A DNA stretch of 64,000 nt from Candidatus Magasanikiibacteriota bacterium. Lineage in GTDB: Bacteria > Patescibacteriota > Patescibacteriia > Magasanikbacterales > UBA922. Shown in pieces: positions 37,970 through 47,868 of the stretch (position 1 is the first letter of the stretch; the number at the start of each line of letters is the position of its first letter). The position numbers and the translations under genes are program-made. Location of the stretch: NCBI GenBank assembly GCA_042218065.1, contig JBDGRL010000005.1:338-64337 (forward strand), written 5' to 3'. The notes below the pieces were generated by a model. That model was not told the origin of the DNA and did no database searches. It saw nothing but the letters and a program-made list of their open reading frames with translations.

Positions 37970-39598
37970 ATGAACCAACTGTCGGATCCTAAATATGTTT
38001 TTGTAGTAGGAGGGGTAATGAGTGGAGTAGGCAAAGGGGTTACTACAGCTTCTTTGGGTACGATTTTTAAAGCCAAGGGGTTTAATGTTACTGCTTTAAA
38101 GGCGGATCCTTATGTGAATGTAGATGCTGGTACTATGAGTCCTACGGAGCATGGGGAGGTTTTTGTAACTAAAGATGGTGATGAGACAGATCAGGATATG
38201 GGAAATTATGAACGTTTTCTAAATGAAGACCTCACTTCTACTAATTATATGACTACCGGGAGAGTTTATAGCAGTGTGATAGAACGGGAAAGGAGTATGG
38301 GTTATGATGGAAAGTGTGTGCAAGTGGTACCTCACATACCGGAAGAAATCATAAGAAGAATCGAACAAGCACAAGAAAAGGCGGAGGCAGATATTACTAT
38401 CACTGAAATTGGTGGAACGGTGGGAGAATATGAGAATATTTTATTTTTAGAGGCTGCAAGGGAGATGAAGCTTAAGAACCCGGAGGATGTCGCTATAGTT
38501 TTAGTTAGCTATCTTCCTGTTCCTGAGCATATAGGAGAAATGAAGACAAAGCCTACTCAGCACGCCTCTAGACAATTAAATGAAGCAGGTATCAACGCTG
38601 ATATTATAATAGGGAGAAGTAAAACTGAGTTAGATAAGCCGCGTTATGAAAAAATCTCGGTTTTTTGTGGCTTACCGAAAGATCATGTAATATCTGCTCC
38701 GGATGTAGATTCAATTTATCAGGTTCCTTTAAATTTTGAAGAAGAGAATTTAGGTAATAAATTATTGAATTCATTAGGAGTTAAAGGTAGAAACTCAGAC
38801 CTTACTGATTGGAGGAGATATGTGGAAAAACCCAAAGACGGAGAGGAGAAATTGAGTATAGCTGTAGTGGGCAAGTATTTTGAGACCGGTGATTTTACCT
38901 TATCTGATTCTTATATTTCTGTAATTGAAGCAGTAGAACATGCTTCAGCTTATACTGATGTGGATGTGGATTTGGAGTGGGTAGATTCAGAAGAGTATAC
39001 GGAAAACCCGGGAAAAGCTGAAGAGCTGAAAGAGTTCGATGGTGTCATTGTGCCTGGTGGCTTCGGAACTAGGGGGGTGGAGGGGATAGTTACTGCAATT
39101 GAAGTGGTTCGCAAAAATAATATACCTTATTTGGGGCTATGCTATGGTATGCAGTTGGCTTGTATAGAATTTATGCGCAATGTTCTTGAAAAAAATGATG
39201 CAAATTCAGTTGAGATAGATCCCGATACGACCCATCCTATAATTGATGTAAATCCACACCAGGAGGAAAATATAAATGAAAATAGGTATGGAGGCACTAT
39301 GAGATTAGGAGCATTTGATGCTCATTTAAAGAAAGACAGTAAAGTTCATGAAGCTTATGACAATGATGTAATCTCTGAAAGACACCGCCACAGATATGAG
39401 TTTAATAATAAATATCGTGATATGGTAGATGAAGCAGGTTTAAAAGTAGTAGGAGAAAATAAAGAAAGAAATTTGGTTGAAATCGTAGAGTTAGAAAACC
39501 ACCCGTTTTTTATTGGTGTTCAGTTTCATCCTGAGTTTGTTTCTCGTCCAATGGAACCTCATCCTTTATTTTTAAGTTTTTTAAGCAATTTAAAATAA
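37970..39598 (+). CDS. pyrG: CTP synthase.
   Basis: VFVVGGVMSGVGKGVTTASLG N-terminus, plus a glutamine amidotransferase domain with GLCYGMQ. Confidence 0.9.
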   Translation: MNQLSDPKYVFVVGGVMSGVGKGVTTASLGTIFKAKGFNVTALKADPYVNVDAGTMSPTEHGEVFVTKDGDETDQDMGNYERFLNEDLTSTNYMTTGRVYSSVIERERSMGYDGKCVQVVPHIPEEIIRRIEQAQEKAEADITITEIGGTVGEYENILFLEAAREMKLKNPEDVAIVLVSYLPVPEHIGEMKTKPTQHASRQLNEAGINADIIIGRSKTELDKPRYEKISVFCGLPKDHVISAPDVDSIYQVPLNFEEENLGNKLLNSLGVKGRNSDLTDWRRYVEKPKDGEEKLSIAVVGKYFETGDFTLSDSYISVIEAVEHASAYTDVDVDLEWVDSEEYTENPGKAEELKEFDGVIVPGGFGTRGVEGIVTAIEVVRKNNIPYLGLCYGMQLACIEFMRNVLEKNDANSVEIDPDTTHPIIDVNPHQEENINENRYGGTMRLGAFDAHLKKDSKVHEAYDNDVISERHRHRYEFNNKYRDMVDEAGLKVVGENKERNLVEIVELENHPFFIGVQFHPEFVSRPMEPHPLFLSFLSNLK

Positions 39599-39692
39599 AT
39601 GAACTGGATTGATTTATTATATCCAAGTTAGAAGTGTGAGGTGATTTAATTACCTTAGGTTTTTGTGTTTACTTATTAATTTATCTTACTAA

Positions 39693-40880
39693 ATGTCTAA
39701 TTTAAAAATATCTGAAGAACTTATAGGTCCAGCAGCTTTTGGGGTTAAGATGGGGGTTATTCTACCGGAAACTAATGTGAAAAAGAAAATAATTGAAAAA
39801 ATAAAAACTATAGACGATAAAATACTGTCCGAAGGAGATACTCTTTGTATAACTGAAAATATAGTTGCTAGAACCCAAAATAATTATGTTACTGTAGATG
39901 AAATTGCTGAGGATGTTAGGAATAAGCTGGGTATTGACTCAGATTCTAATTTGGGGATTGTTTTTCCTATTTTAAGTAGGAATAGGTTTTCTATGATTTT
40001 GCAGTCCTTAGCTAGAGCTGTAAAGGATGGCAAGCTTTCTTTACAGCTTTCTTTTCCTGATGATGAGGTTGGAAACCCGATTATTAATCGTGAAATAATG
40101 AATAATTTAGGTAAAAATGATAGAGATAATATAGAGTATAATGAAATAAAGGATATAGACTTTCAGCACCCTCTTACGGAAGTTAATTACTTAGATTATT
40201 ATAAAGATATAATTGAAAGGGAAGGTGCGGAAGCTGATATATTCTTAAACAATGATCCAAGTGAGATTCTGAAAAGAAAATTAGATGGAGTTATAGCAGC
40301 TGATATTCATACTAGAGAAAAAACTAAGCAAATATTAGATAAAGATTATCTTACTTGCACAACATTGGATGAAATATGCAATGAAGGTGAAAACTCCTCT
40401 AAATGGGGTCTTTTAGGAACTAATATGGCTTCTTCTGACAGGTTGAAACTTCTTCCTCAGAACGGAGATAAATTTGTTCATGAAATACAGGATAAAATTT
40501 TGGAGGAGACTGGAAAAAAGGTTCATGTTTTGATTTATGGTGATGGTGCATATAAAGATCCGAGTAGTGGTATTTATGAACTTGCCGATCCCAGTGTAAC
40601 ATTTGGTGCTACTGATTCATTGAAAAACAAATATAGAAGAGGTGTAAAATATAAGCTTCTTGCTGATAAATTTCATGAAGAAGGGTTAAGTGAAGAGGAA
40701 ATTGAAGAAAAGATACGAGAAAAACATAAAGAACATGAGGAAACCAAGCGTGAAAGTGATATTGAAGCAGAGGGCACAACACCAAGAAAAATTACTGATG
40801 TTCTTGGGAGCTTGTCTGATTTGGTGAGTGGTTCAGGTGATGCTGGCACACCAATAGTGTTGATAAAAAATTTGTTTTAA
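39693..40880 (+). CDS. CofE/FbiB-like gamma-glutamyl ligase family protein (F420-0:gamma-glutamyl ligase fold) with insertions.
   Basis: GDTLCITENIVARTQ resembles the CofE pattern GDVLVV.S.V.SKAEGR. HVLIYGDGAYKDPSSG resembles GVIITDT.GR. C-terminal LVSGSGDAGTPIVLIKN resembles LMGEGG.G.P.VVVRG. Confidence 0.45.
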   Translation: MSNLKISEELIGPAAFGVKMGVILPETNVKKKIIEKIKTIDDKILSEGDTLCITENIVARTQNNYVTVDEIAEDVRNKLGIDSDSNLGIVFPILSRNRFSMILQSLARAVKDGKLSLQLSFPDDEVGNPIINREIMNNLGKNDRDNIEYNEIKDIDFQHPLTEVNYLDYYKDIIEREGAEADIFLNNDPSEILKRKLDGVIAADIHTREKTKQILDKDYLTCTTLDEICNEGENSSKWGLLGTNMASSDRLKLLPQNGDKFVHEIQDKILEETGKKVHVLIYGDGAYKDPSSGIYELADPSVTFGATDSLKNKYRRGVKYKLLADKFHEEGLSEEEIEEKIREKHKEHEETKRESDIEAEGTTPRKITDVLGSLSDLVSGSGDAGTPIVLIKNLF

Positions 40881-40908
40881 GTAGTTGCTTAGATAATTAG
40901 AATTAAAA

Positions 40909-40939
40909 AACCGCCATGATTTATTTGTGGCGGTTTTTT
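40909..40939 (+). terminator. Rho-independent terminator.
   Basis: AACCGCCA-tgatttatttg-TGGCGGTT followed by TTTTA. Confidence 0.7.
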
Positions 40940-41008
40940 ATTAAACACTTTTTTGTCTTTTTGATATTTTCAGAATAGCTCCTTTACTCGACAACAAAGG
41001 AGGGAAAA

Positions 41009-41206
41009 ATGAGAAAGAAAATCTTCGGGTTTTTTAAGTCATTTTTTAATTCTCTTTTTCGCGATTCCCAATCAGGAGTTAGTTGGAGAAAAATTAAAGA
41101 AAAATCAAAAAAATTTAATAGAAACTCTAAGGGTGACGAATTGATTTTTGCAGTTAGGTCTTTTGACGAACCAGTAATTGAAGTTTCTCCGGAAAAAAGG
41201 TCTTGA
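41009..41206 (+). CDS. Small basic protein (65 aa) with a strong Shine-Dalgarno; the same frame stays open for 49 codons past its TGA stop.
   Basis: AAAGGAGGG sits 5 nt before the ATG. A terminator hairpin at 41378-41410 closes the unit. Confidence 0.35.
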   Translation: MRKKIFGFFKSFFNSLFRDSQSGVSWRKIKEKSKKFNRNSKGDELIFAVRSFDEPVIEVSPEKRS

Positions 41207-41377
41207 GATAATACGGTAAAAATATCTCAAGAAAAGTTTAATAATATTCCTGATATTCCCGGTGCTAGGTTTGAAGATTATATCGTTTTGAAAAAAGACA
41301 AAGAAAGAAACAAAGCGTATATTACTCCCGAAGATAAAATCTCTTTTGAGGGTTGAAAACTTAAAGCTAAAGAAAAA

Positions 41378-41410
41378 CCGCAAGAACTGCTGCCTTGCGG
41401 TATGTTTTTG
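41378..41410. terminator. Hairpin terminator usable from both strands (small ORF on plus, cysS on minus).
   Basis: CCGCAAG-aactgctgc-CTTGCGG, flanked by an A-run upstream and a T-run downstream. Confidence 0.6.
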
Positions 41411-41551
41411 TTTGTATCTGTTTTTTAAATCATATCAATTATGAAAAAAACTGTAAAATCTCATTCGTTCATACCTCCTTAGCTTAACGTTAGTGTTAAA
41501 TATATTTGTAAGACCCTACATTCAAAAGTATTTCACTATAATTTTTAAACC

Positions 41552-42916
41552 TTATTTTTTTGAAACTTTTTGCCCCTCTTCGGTATCTCTCACCTCATAA
41601 CCTTTAGCTTTGATTTCAGCTCGCAGCTTATCGCTTCTTTCCCAGTTTCCTGCTTCACGAGCTTCGGCTCTCATTTCTAAAAGCTCTTGTACTTCTTCTG
41701 GTATTTTTACTTCTTTTTCTTTTAGTTCTAACAGGTCTAAACCGAGAATTTTATCAAATTTAGAGATTAAATTTCTACTAATTCTGTCTTGCTCAAATCC
41801 TTTCCAGAGTACAGATAGTGCTTCTGCAGTATTTAGGTCGTCGTTTATAGCTTCCATAAACTCTTCTTCAAGTTTTGGATCACCGGGTTTATTTTTATCT
41901 AAGCTGTTTGTCTTTCTTCTTAGCTTCTTAAGTCCTTTTTCGGCTGCCTTCAAAGCGTCCCGGGTAAAATTTAATTCTTTACGATAATGAGATTGTAGTA
42001 AAAAGTAACGGAAAGCTAAGGGTTCGATACTTTTATTTTTAATATCTTTCATAGTTACAAAATTGTTTTTTGATTTACTCATTTTCTCATCTTTGACTTG
42101 TAGGAACTCTACATGCATCCAAAAATTAACCCATGGCTTTTTGCTTGTTGCAGCTTCGGATTGTGCTATTTCATTGGTGTGATGTACTGGTATATGATCA
42201 ACTCCCCCCCAGTGTATATCGAATTGTTCACCCAAATATTCCATTGACATTGCTGAACACTCTATATGCCAGCCTGGGAACCCCATCTTTTCGAAAGCTT
42301 TCCACTCCATTTGTCTGTCTTTGTCTTCAGGTGAGAATTTCCACAAGGCGAAATCATGCTTATTTTTCTTTTCTTTCATCTCGACTCTAGCACCCGGATC
42401 TAAATCCTGCTCTTCGAGATTAGCTAATTTTCCATAATCATCTAATTTAGTAGTATCAAAATAAATTCCATCCGAAGTTTCATAAGTATAGCCCTTATCT
42501 ATTAATTTTTGCACCAGATTTATCATCTCTTCTATATGTTCAGTTGCTATAGGCCATTTATCTGGAGGTAAGATATTTAAGTCACTTACATCTTTTTTGA
42601 AGGCTTTGGTATAAAATTCGGCTATTTCCTCTGCTGATTTACCTTCGCGTCTCGAGCCTTGTTCCATCTTATCTTTACCTTGATCCGCATCATCAGTGAG
42701 GTGCCCAACGTCGGTTATATTCATTATATATTTGACATTGTGGCCTTTATATTTCAAAACTCTATATAAAATGTCTTCTGTGGTAAAAGCTCGCAGGTTA
42801 CCTATATGTACATAATCATATACAGTAGGCCCACATGAATACATCTTAACTTGGTCATCTTCTCGGGGTATAAATTCTTCTTTTGATTTTGTTCTGGAGT
42901 TATATAGTTTTAGCAT
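41552..42916 (-). CDS. cysS: Cysteine--tRNA ligase.
   Basis: HIGN class I motif (YVHIGNLRAF), KMSKS present, zinc-binding Cys near the N-terminus (CGPTVYD). Confidence 0.9.
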   Translation of the reverse strand: MLKLYNSRTKSKEEFIPREDDQVKMYSCGPTVYDYVHIGNLRAFTTEDILYRVLKYKGHNVKYIMNITDVGHLTDDADQGKDKMEQGSRREGKSAEEIAEFYTKAFKKDVSDLNILPPDKWPIATEHIEEMINLVQKLIDKGYTYETSDGIYFDTTKLDDYGKLANLEEQDLDPGARVEMKEKKNKHDFALWKFSPEDKDRQMEWKAFEKMGFPGWHIECSAMSMEYLGEQFDIHWGGVDHIPVHHTNEIAQSEAATSKKPWVNFWMHVEFLQVKDEKMSKSKNNFVTMKDIKNKSIEPLAFRYFLLQSHYRKELNFTRDALKAAEKGLKKLRRKTNSLDKNKPGDPKLEEEFMEAINDDLNTAEALSVLWKGFEQDRISRNLISKFDKILGLDLLELKEKEVKIPEEVQELLEMRAEAREAGNWERSDKLRAEIKAKGYEVRDTEEGQKVSKK

Positions 42917-43046
42917 TTTATTTTTTGTAAGTGCTTTTATTATATTTTCAAATTCTGTTTTTGTAAAGCCTCAATTTTAGGACTTTTATATGTTTGTGTT
43001 ATAATTTCTATAGAAATATTCGTTTTATTAATATCAAAATACTTAA

Positions 43047-44180
43047 ATGTCACTTTTTGGTAGTGAGGAACAAACTTACGTGGGGGTTGATATAGGCTCT
43101 GGAGGTATTAAGGTTGTTGAGCTTAAAGAAGAAAAAGAAAGACCTCAGCTTTGGACTTATGGTATGGTGGAAAATCCTATTGATATCCACCTTGATACTG
43201 CTGACTCCACTCCTGAAGAACATACAAAAGAAAGTGGAGATATTGTTTTGCCAGAAGATCAGGATAATAATACCCCGGAAGAAATGCAGTTGGATGAAGA
43301 GAAGGTTAATAAGTGTGCAGGCACTTTGGAAAAATTGATAAAACAATCAAAGGTGAAAGGCGATGAGGTTACTGCTAGTTTACCGGTATCTTTTGTTTTT
43401 CATACAATAGTGACGGTTCCGGAGATGGAAGAAGATGATTTGAGTGAAGTTATAAAAGCAGAAGTAGATAAATTAATAAACAGGCCTGTGGATGAGATGC
43501 AAATTGTACATAGAGAAATACCAAACAGTGAAGATAGTGATTACCAGAGGTTTTTAGTAACTGCAGCCCCAAAAAAATTGGTAAAGTTCTATTCTGCAAT
43601 ATTTCAAAAAGCAGGCTTGCAGCTACAGGAGTTAGAAACCGAGGCTTTTTCTTTGCAGAGATCACTGGTAGGTGATGATCCATCTACGGTTCTGGTTGTA
43701 GATATTGGTACTGAAAGATCTAATTTTTTTATTATGGATCAAGGGTTGCCTATGACACATAGAAGCATAGAAGTAGGGGGTGAGACTATTGATACTATTT
43801 TATCTGATATAACTGACTTAAAACAGCAGGATATTACACAAGTAAAGAAAGATGTATCACGTTTACAGGAGCAGGATATAGATCCGAGTCCGTTTGAGCA
43901 ATTAACAGATCCTCTTATAAAAGAAATAGAGTATGGTTTTGACCTTTATGCTCATCAATCGGGAAATGAAAACAAAAGACCGGAAAAAATTATACTCACA
44001 GGAGGTTCTTCATTTTTCCCACCTATAGCCAAAGCACTAAGGGATTATTTTGATATGAAAGTATTTATTGGGGACCCTTGGGCTCATGTAGTTTATCAGC
44101 AAGGATTGAAGCAAATTTTAGATGAGATAGGCCCTAGAATGTCTGTTAGTATAGGTTTAGCTCTCAGAAACTTAGTATAA
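43047..44180 (+). CDS. pilM: Type IV pilus assembly protein PilM (actin-like ATPase fold).
   Basis: YVGVDIGSGGIKVVELKEEK...VVDIGTERSNFFIM...ILTGGSSFFPPIAKAL. Confidence 0.75.
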   Translation: MSLFGSEEQTYVGVDIGSGGIKVVELKEEKERPQLWTYGMVENPIDIHLDTADSTPEEHTKESGDIVLPEDQDNNTPEEMQLDEEKVNKCAGTLEKLIKQSKVKGDEVTASLPVSFVFHTIVTVPEMEEDDLSEVIKAEVDKLINRPVDEMQIVHREIPNSEDSDYQRFLVTAAPKKLVKFYSAIFQKAGLQLQELETEAFSLQRSLVGDDPSTVLVVDIGTERSNFFIMDQGLPMTHRSIEVGGETIDTILSDITDLKQQDITQVKKDVSRLQEQDIDPSPFEQLTDPLIKEIEYGFDLYAHQSGNENKRPEKIILTGGSSFFPPIAKALRDYFDMKVFIGDPWAHVVYQQGLKQILDEIGPRMSVSIGLALRNLV

Positions 44181-44213
44181 TTGCAGAATTTCTCACTTTA
44201 ATATATAATAACA

Positions 44214-44591
44214 ATGAGCTCTGAAGCTGATGTTTTACATATTGATAATGATAGCCACTTTCTAGATATTTACCAAGACTTCTTGTCAGAAAGAGGATTG
44301 GAGGTACATACTTGTAAAAATGAAGAAAGAGGTTTCCGTGCTGCAAAAAATAAAAATCCTAAATTAATTTTGCTAGAAGTAGTGTTGGAAGATATGAATG
44401 GTTATGAATTACTGGAAGAATTGAAGCAAAATGGAGAGACGAATTACATTCCCGTAATAGTACTGTCAAAACTGGGACAAAAAAGAGATCTACAAAAGGC
44501 CAGAGACCTGAACGCTAACGGGTATATTATCAAACAACATGTCAAACCTAGGGACGTTGTAAGATATATAAAACAAAATTTTATTAAATAA
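44214..44591 (+). CDS. Single-domain response-regulator receiver (CheY-like) with Glu in place of the phospho-acceptor Asp.
   Basis: KLILLEVVLEDMNGYELLEELK...IPVIVLSKLG...YIIKQHVKP aligns with the REC motifs LILLDxxMP / T-S / K. The acceptor position reads E (codon 44376-44378). Confidence 0.65.
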   Translation: MSSEADVLHIDNDSHFLDIYQDFLSERGLEVHTCKNEERGFRAAKNKNPKLILLEVVLEDMNGYELLEELKQNGETNYIPVIVLSKLGQKRDLQKARDLNANGYIIKQHVKPRDVVRYIKQNFIK

Positions 44592-44597
44592 CATCTT

Positions 44598-45056
44598 ATG
44601 TCAAAAAATAAACCAAAAGGATTTACTTTAATAGAGTTACTAGTTGTAATAGCGATTATAGGACTTCTTTCAACTTTGGCTGTGATTGCTCTAGGTTCAG
44701 CAAGAGAAGAGGCTCGTGATCAAAATAGATTGTCAGATCTTAAGCAAATTCAGACTGCTCTAGAGATTTACTTTACAGAGAACAATCAGTATCCTGTTGC
44801 TAAAGAAGGGGTGGTCTTAGGTGGAAATAAAGCAAAATGCTTAAACCCAGAGAAAGGCTTTACTCGTTCTGGTTGTGATAATTCTTTAAGTAAAATACCT
44901 TCCGATCCGGGAGAAAATAATTATGTTTATAGTTCCGAGGAGGGTGATACTTACACAATACGAGCCAGGCTTGAAGGAAAAACAAATGGACTTCAAGCTG
45001 GTCCTATAGTTGTTACTCCTTCGGGAATTAAAAACGCTGAACAGAAAAGTAATTAG
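44598..45056 (+). CDS. Type IV pilin / pseudopilin with a class III (prepilin) signal.
   Basis: MSKNKPKG-FTLIELLVVIAIIGLL has the G|FTLIE cleavage/methylation motif and Glu+5. Confidence 0.8.
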   Translation: MSKNKPKGFTLIELLVVIAIIGLLSTLAVIALGSAREEARDQNRLSDLKQIQTALEIYFTENNQYPVAKEGVVLGGNKAKCLNPEKGFTRSGCDNSLSKIPSDPGENNYVYSSEEGDTYTIRARLEGKTNGLQAGPIVVTPSGIKNAEQKSN

Positions 45057-45069
45057 TTTGGAATAAAAT

Positions 45070-45840
45070 ATGGAAATTTGGGGTTTTTTAGCTAGTTTTG
45101 TTTTAGGTGCTGGATTTGGGAGTTTTTTGAATGTTTTAGTTTATAGGTCAAAAAAAGAAATTTCTCTATTAGAGCCTAGTTCTTTTTGTCCTAACTGCGA
45201 AGAAAAGATCAGGTGGTACGATAATATCCCTATACTTAGCTTCTTATTATTAGGTGGTAAATGCAGAAACTGTAAAGAGGAGATTTCATGGCAGTATTTT
45301 TTGGTAGAGCTCTGGTTGGCTCTAGTTTTTTTATTTATATGGAGGTTTCATGGTTTAGATTCGGGTGTAATTATTATACTACGTGATTGGTTTACTGTTT
45401 TTGTTTTGACCTTCATTTTTACTTATGACTTGCGTTATCAGCAGATACTGGATAGGGTTACCATACCTGCAATCTTGATTATTTTTTTTGTAAATGCTTT
45501 TTTCGGCTGGGTGGGAGCAACTGCCATGATACTGGGTGCGGCTGTAGCAGGTGGCTTTTTCTTACTGCAGTTTGTGGTATCGAGAGGGAGATGGATCGGG
45601 GGAGGCGATATCCGTTTAGGGGTATTAATGGGGGTGATCTTAGGGTGGCCGGAAGTGTTATTAGCCTTGTTTTTAGCTTATGTCATCGGTGCTGTAATAA
45701 GTATTATTCTACTTATTTTTAAAGATAAGAGTTTTACTAGCAAAACACCTTTTGGGGTGTATTTATCAATAGGTACTTTTATAGCTTTATTTTTTTATGA
45801 TGAAATTTTAAATTGGTATTTAAATCTTGTCTTGTTTTAA
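45070..45840 (+). CDS. pilD: Prepilin peptidase (A24 family, PilD-like).
   Basis: N-terminal tetra-Cys CPNC...CRNC domain; catalytic Asp regions, including the GGGD motif in GGGDIRLGVLMGVILGW. Confidence 0.8.
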   Translation: MEIWGFLASFVLGAGFGSFLNVLVYRSKKEISLLEPSSFCPNCEEKIRWYDNIPILSFLLLGGKCRNCKEEISWQYFLVELWLALVFLFIWRFHGLDSGVIIILRDWFTVFVLTFIFTYDLRYQQILDRVTIPAILIIFFVNAFFGWVGATAMILGAAVAGGFFLLQFVVSRGRWIGGGDIRLGVLMGVILGWPEVLLALFLAYVIGAVISIILLIFKDKSFTSKTPFGVYLSIGTFIALFFYDEILNWYLNLVLF

Positions 45841-45849
45841 TTTAAATTT

Positions 45850-47868
45850 ATGGCAGATAAAGAAATAAAACAAAAAGTAAAAAAGCTTAGAGAACAAATT
45901 AGGGATTTGAGGTATAGATATCATGTGGAGAACGATCCGGAGGTTACTGATGCTATGTATGAGGGTTTAATGGATGAGCTTAAACAGATAGAAGAAGAGC
46001 ATCCTGAACTAGTTACTGAAGATTCTCCGACACAGAGAGTAGTAGGTGAGCCGGCAGATGATTTTGATAAAGTCGAACACTTGGTTGAGCAACATTCTTT
46101 TAATGACGCTTTTGATAAGCAGGATATGTTAGATTGGGAGGAGCGTATGATGAAACGGTTGGAGAAAGAACTCGGAGAAAGACCAGATGATATGAATTAC
46201 ACAGCTGAGTTGAAGATTGATGGGATTCATATCGTTTTGACTTATAAAAATGGCCGCTTAGTAACGGGGGCTACTCGAGGCGATGGAGAAGTAGGGGAGG
46301 ATATTACACGAAATATAAAAACGATACACTCTATACCTTTAAAGATAGATGAAAAAGAAACCATGGTAGTTGAAGGGGAGGCTTGGATGAGTGAGAAGAC
46401 TTTAGAAGAGATAAATGAGAGAAGAAAAGAAGATGGCAAAGCTGAGTTCGCAAACCCTAGAAATGCAGCAGCTGGGACACTGCGACAGCTAGACCCAAAA
46501 GTGGTTGCTCGTAGAAACTTATCCTTTACTGCTTATGATATTACTTATGGACCTACTCCAGATACACAAGAAGAAGGGTTAAAAAAATTAGAGAATTTAG
46601 GTTTTCCTACAGAAGAAGATTGGGAAGTATGTGATGGGATAGATGAAATTATGGATACATATAATAAATGGGTAGACAGAGAAAAGACCGGAAAACCTTT
46701 TTGGATAGATGGATTAGTAGTAAAAGTGAATCAAAAAAGATATCAAGATATCTTAGGATATGTCGGAAAAGGACCTAGATGGGCTATTGCTTTAAAGTTT
46801 CCGGCTGAACAGGGTACTACTGAAATAAAAGATGTTTACTGGCAGGTGGGAAGAACAGGACGGTTAACTCCTGTAGCTTTATTGGAAGAGGTGGACTTAG
46901 CCGGCACTACTGTAACTCATGCTACTTTGCATAACTATGATGAGATACAGGAATTGGGGGTTAAAGTGGGTGATCAAGTAGTGGTTGAAAAGGCTGGAGA
47001 TATTATCCCTCAGGTAGTTAGGGTATTAGAGAAGATGCGGGACGGAGACGAACAAAAAATAGAAGAACCAAAAGAATGTCCTATCTGTGATTCGGAAGTT
47101 AAACGAGAAGAATTGAAAACTGAAGAAGAGTCAGCTGACCTGTTTTGTACTAACCCTGATTGTTATGCAAAAGAGCTCGAATCAATAAAGCATTTTGTAT
47201 CCCAAGATGCTTTCGATATAGAAGGATTGGGAGAAAAGATAGTTAAACAGCTATTGGATGAAGGTTTAATTAAAGATGCTGCAGATATTTTTACTCTCAA
47301 GCGTGGGGATTTAGAACCACTTGAAAGATTTGCCGAGAAAGCCGCTGATAATTTGGTGACCGCGATTGATGATTCTAAAGAGATATCCTTACCTCGGTTT
47401 TTATATGCCTTAGGTATAGAACATGTGGGAGATGAGACGGCTTATCTTTTGTCAGAGAATTTTGGCAATTTAGAAAAAATAAAAAAAGCTAGTAGAGAAG
47501 AGCTAGAAGAAATTGATGATATCGGTCCAAGAGTGTCACAATCAATAGTTGAATTTTTCAATGATGAAAAAAACCAAGAACTTATAGAAGAACTAAAAGA
47601 GAACGGGGTAAAAATACAAAATTTTCAGGCTGATACCACTGATGAATTAGAGGATGAAGTATTTGTTTTTACTGGAACTTTGGAAGATTTTACCAGAGAT
47701 GAAGCCCAAAGAGAAGTGCGAGAACGAGGAGGTGATCCTGCTAGTTCTGTCAGTTCCAATACTGATTATGTTGTAGTTGGTGATAATCCGGGCTCTAAGT
47801 ATGAAAAAGCAAAAGAGTTAGACATAGAGATATTAAATGAAGAAGAGTTTAAGGAGTTAATTAGTTGA
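45850..47868 (+). CDS. ligA: NAD-dependent DNA ligase.
   Basis: Adenylation motif ELKIDGIHIV (KxDG), OB and Zn-finger (CPICDSE...C) regions, C-terminal BRCT. Confidence 0.9.
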   Translation: MADKEIKQKVKKLREQIRDLRYRYHVENDPEVTDAMYEGLMDELKQIEEEHPELVTEDSPTQRVVGEPADDFDKVEHLVEQHSFNDAFDKQDMLDWEERMMKRLEKELGERPDDMNYTAELKIDGIHIVLTYKNGRLVTGATRGDGEVGEDITRNIKTIHSIPLKIDEKETMVVEGEAWMSEKTLEEINERRKEDGKAEFANPRNAAAGTLRQLDPKVVARRNLSFTAYDITYGPTPDTQEEGLKKLENLGFPTEEDWEVCDGIDEIMDTYNKWVDREKTGKPFWIDGLVVKVNQKRYQDILGYVGKGPRWAIALKFPAEQGTTEIKDVYWQVGRTGRLTPVALLEEVDLAGTTVTHATLHNYDEIQELGVKVGDQVVVEKAGDIIPQVVRVLEKMRDGDEQKIEEPKECPICDSEVKREELKTEEESADLFCTNPDCYAKELESIKHFVSQDAFDIEGLGEKIVKQLLDEGLIKDAADIFTLKRGDLEPLERFAEKAADNLVTAIDDSKEISLPRFLYALGIEHVGDETAYLLSENFGNLEKIKKASREELEEIDDIGPRVSQSIVEFFNDEKNQELIEELKENGVKIQNFQADTTDELEDEVFVFTGTLEDFTRDEAQREVRERGGDPASSVSSNTDYVVVGDNPGSKYEKAKELDIEILNEEEFKELIS

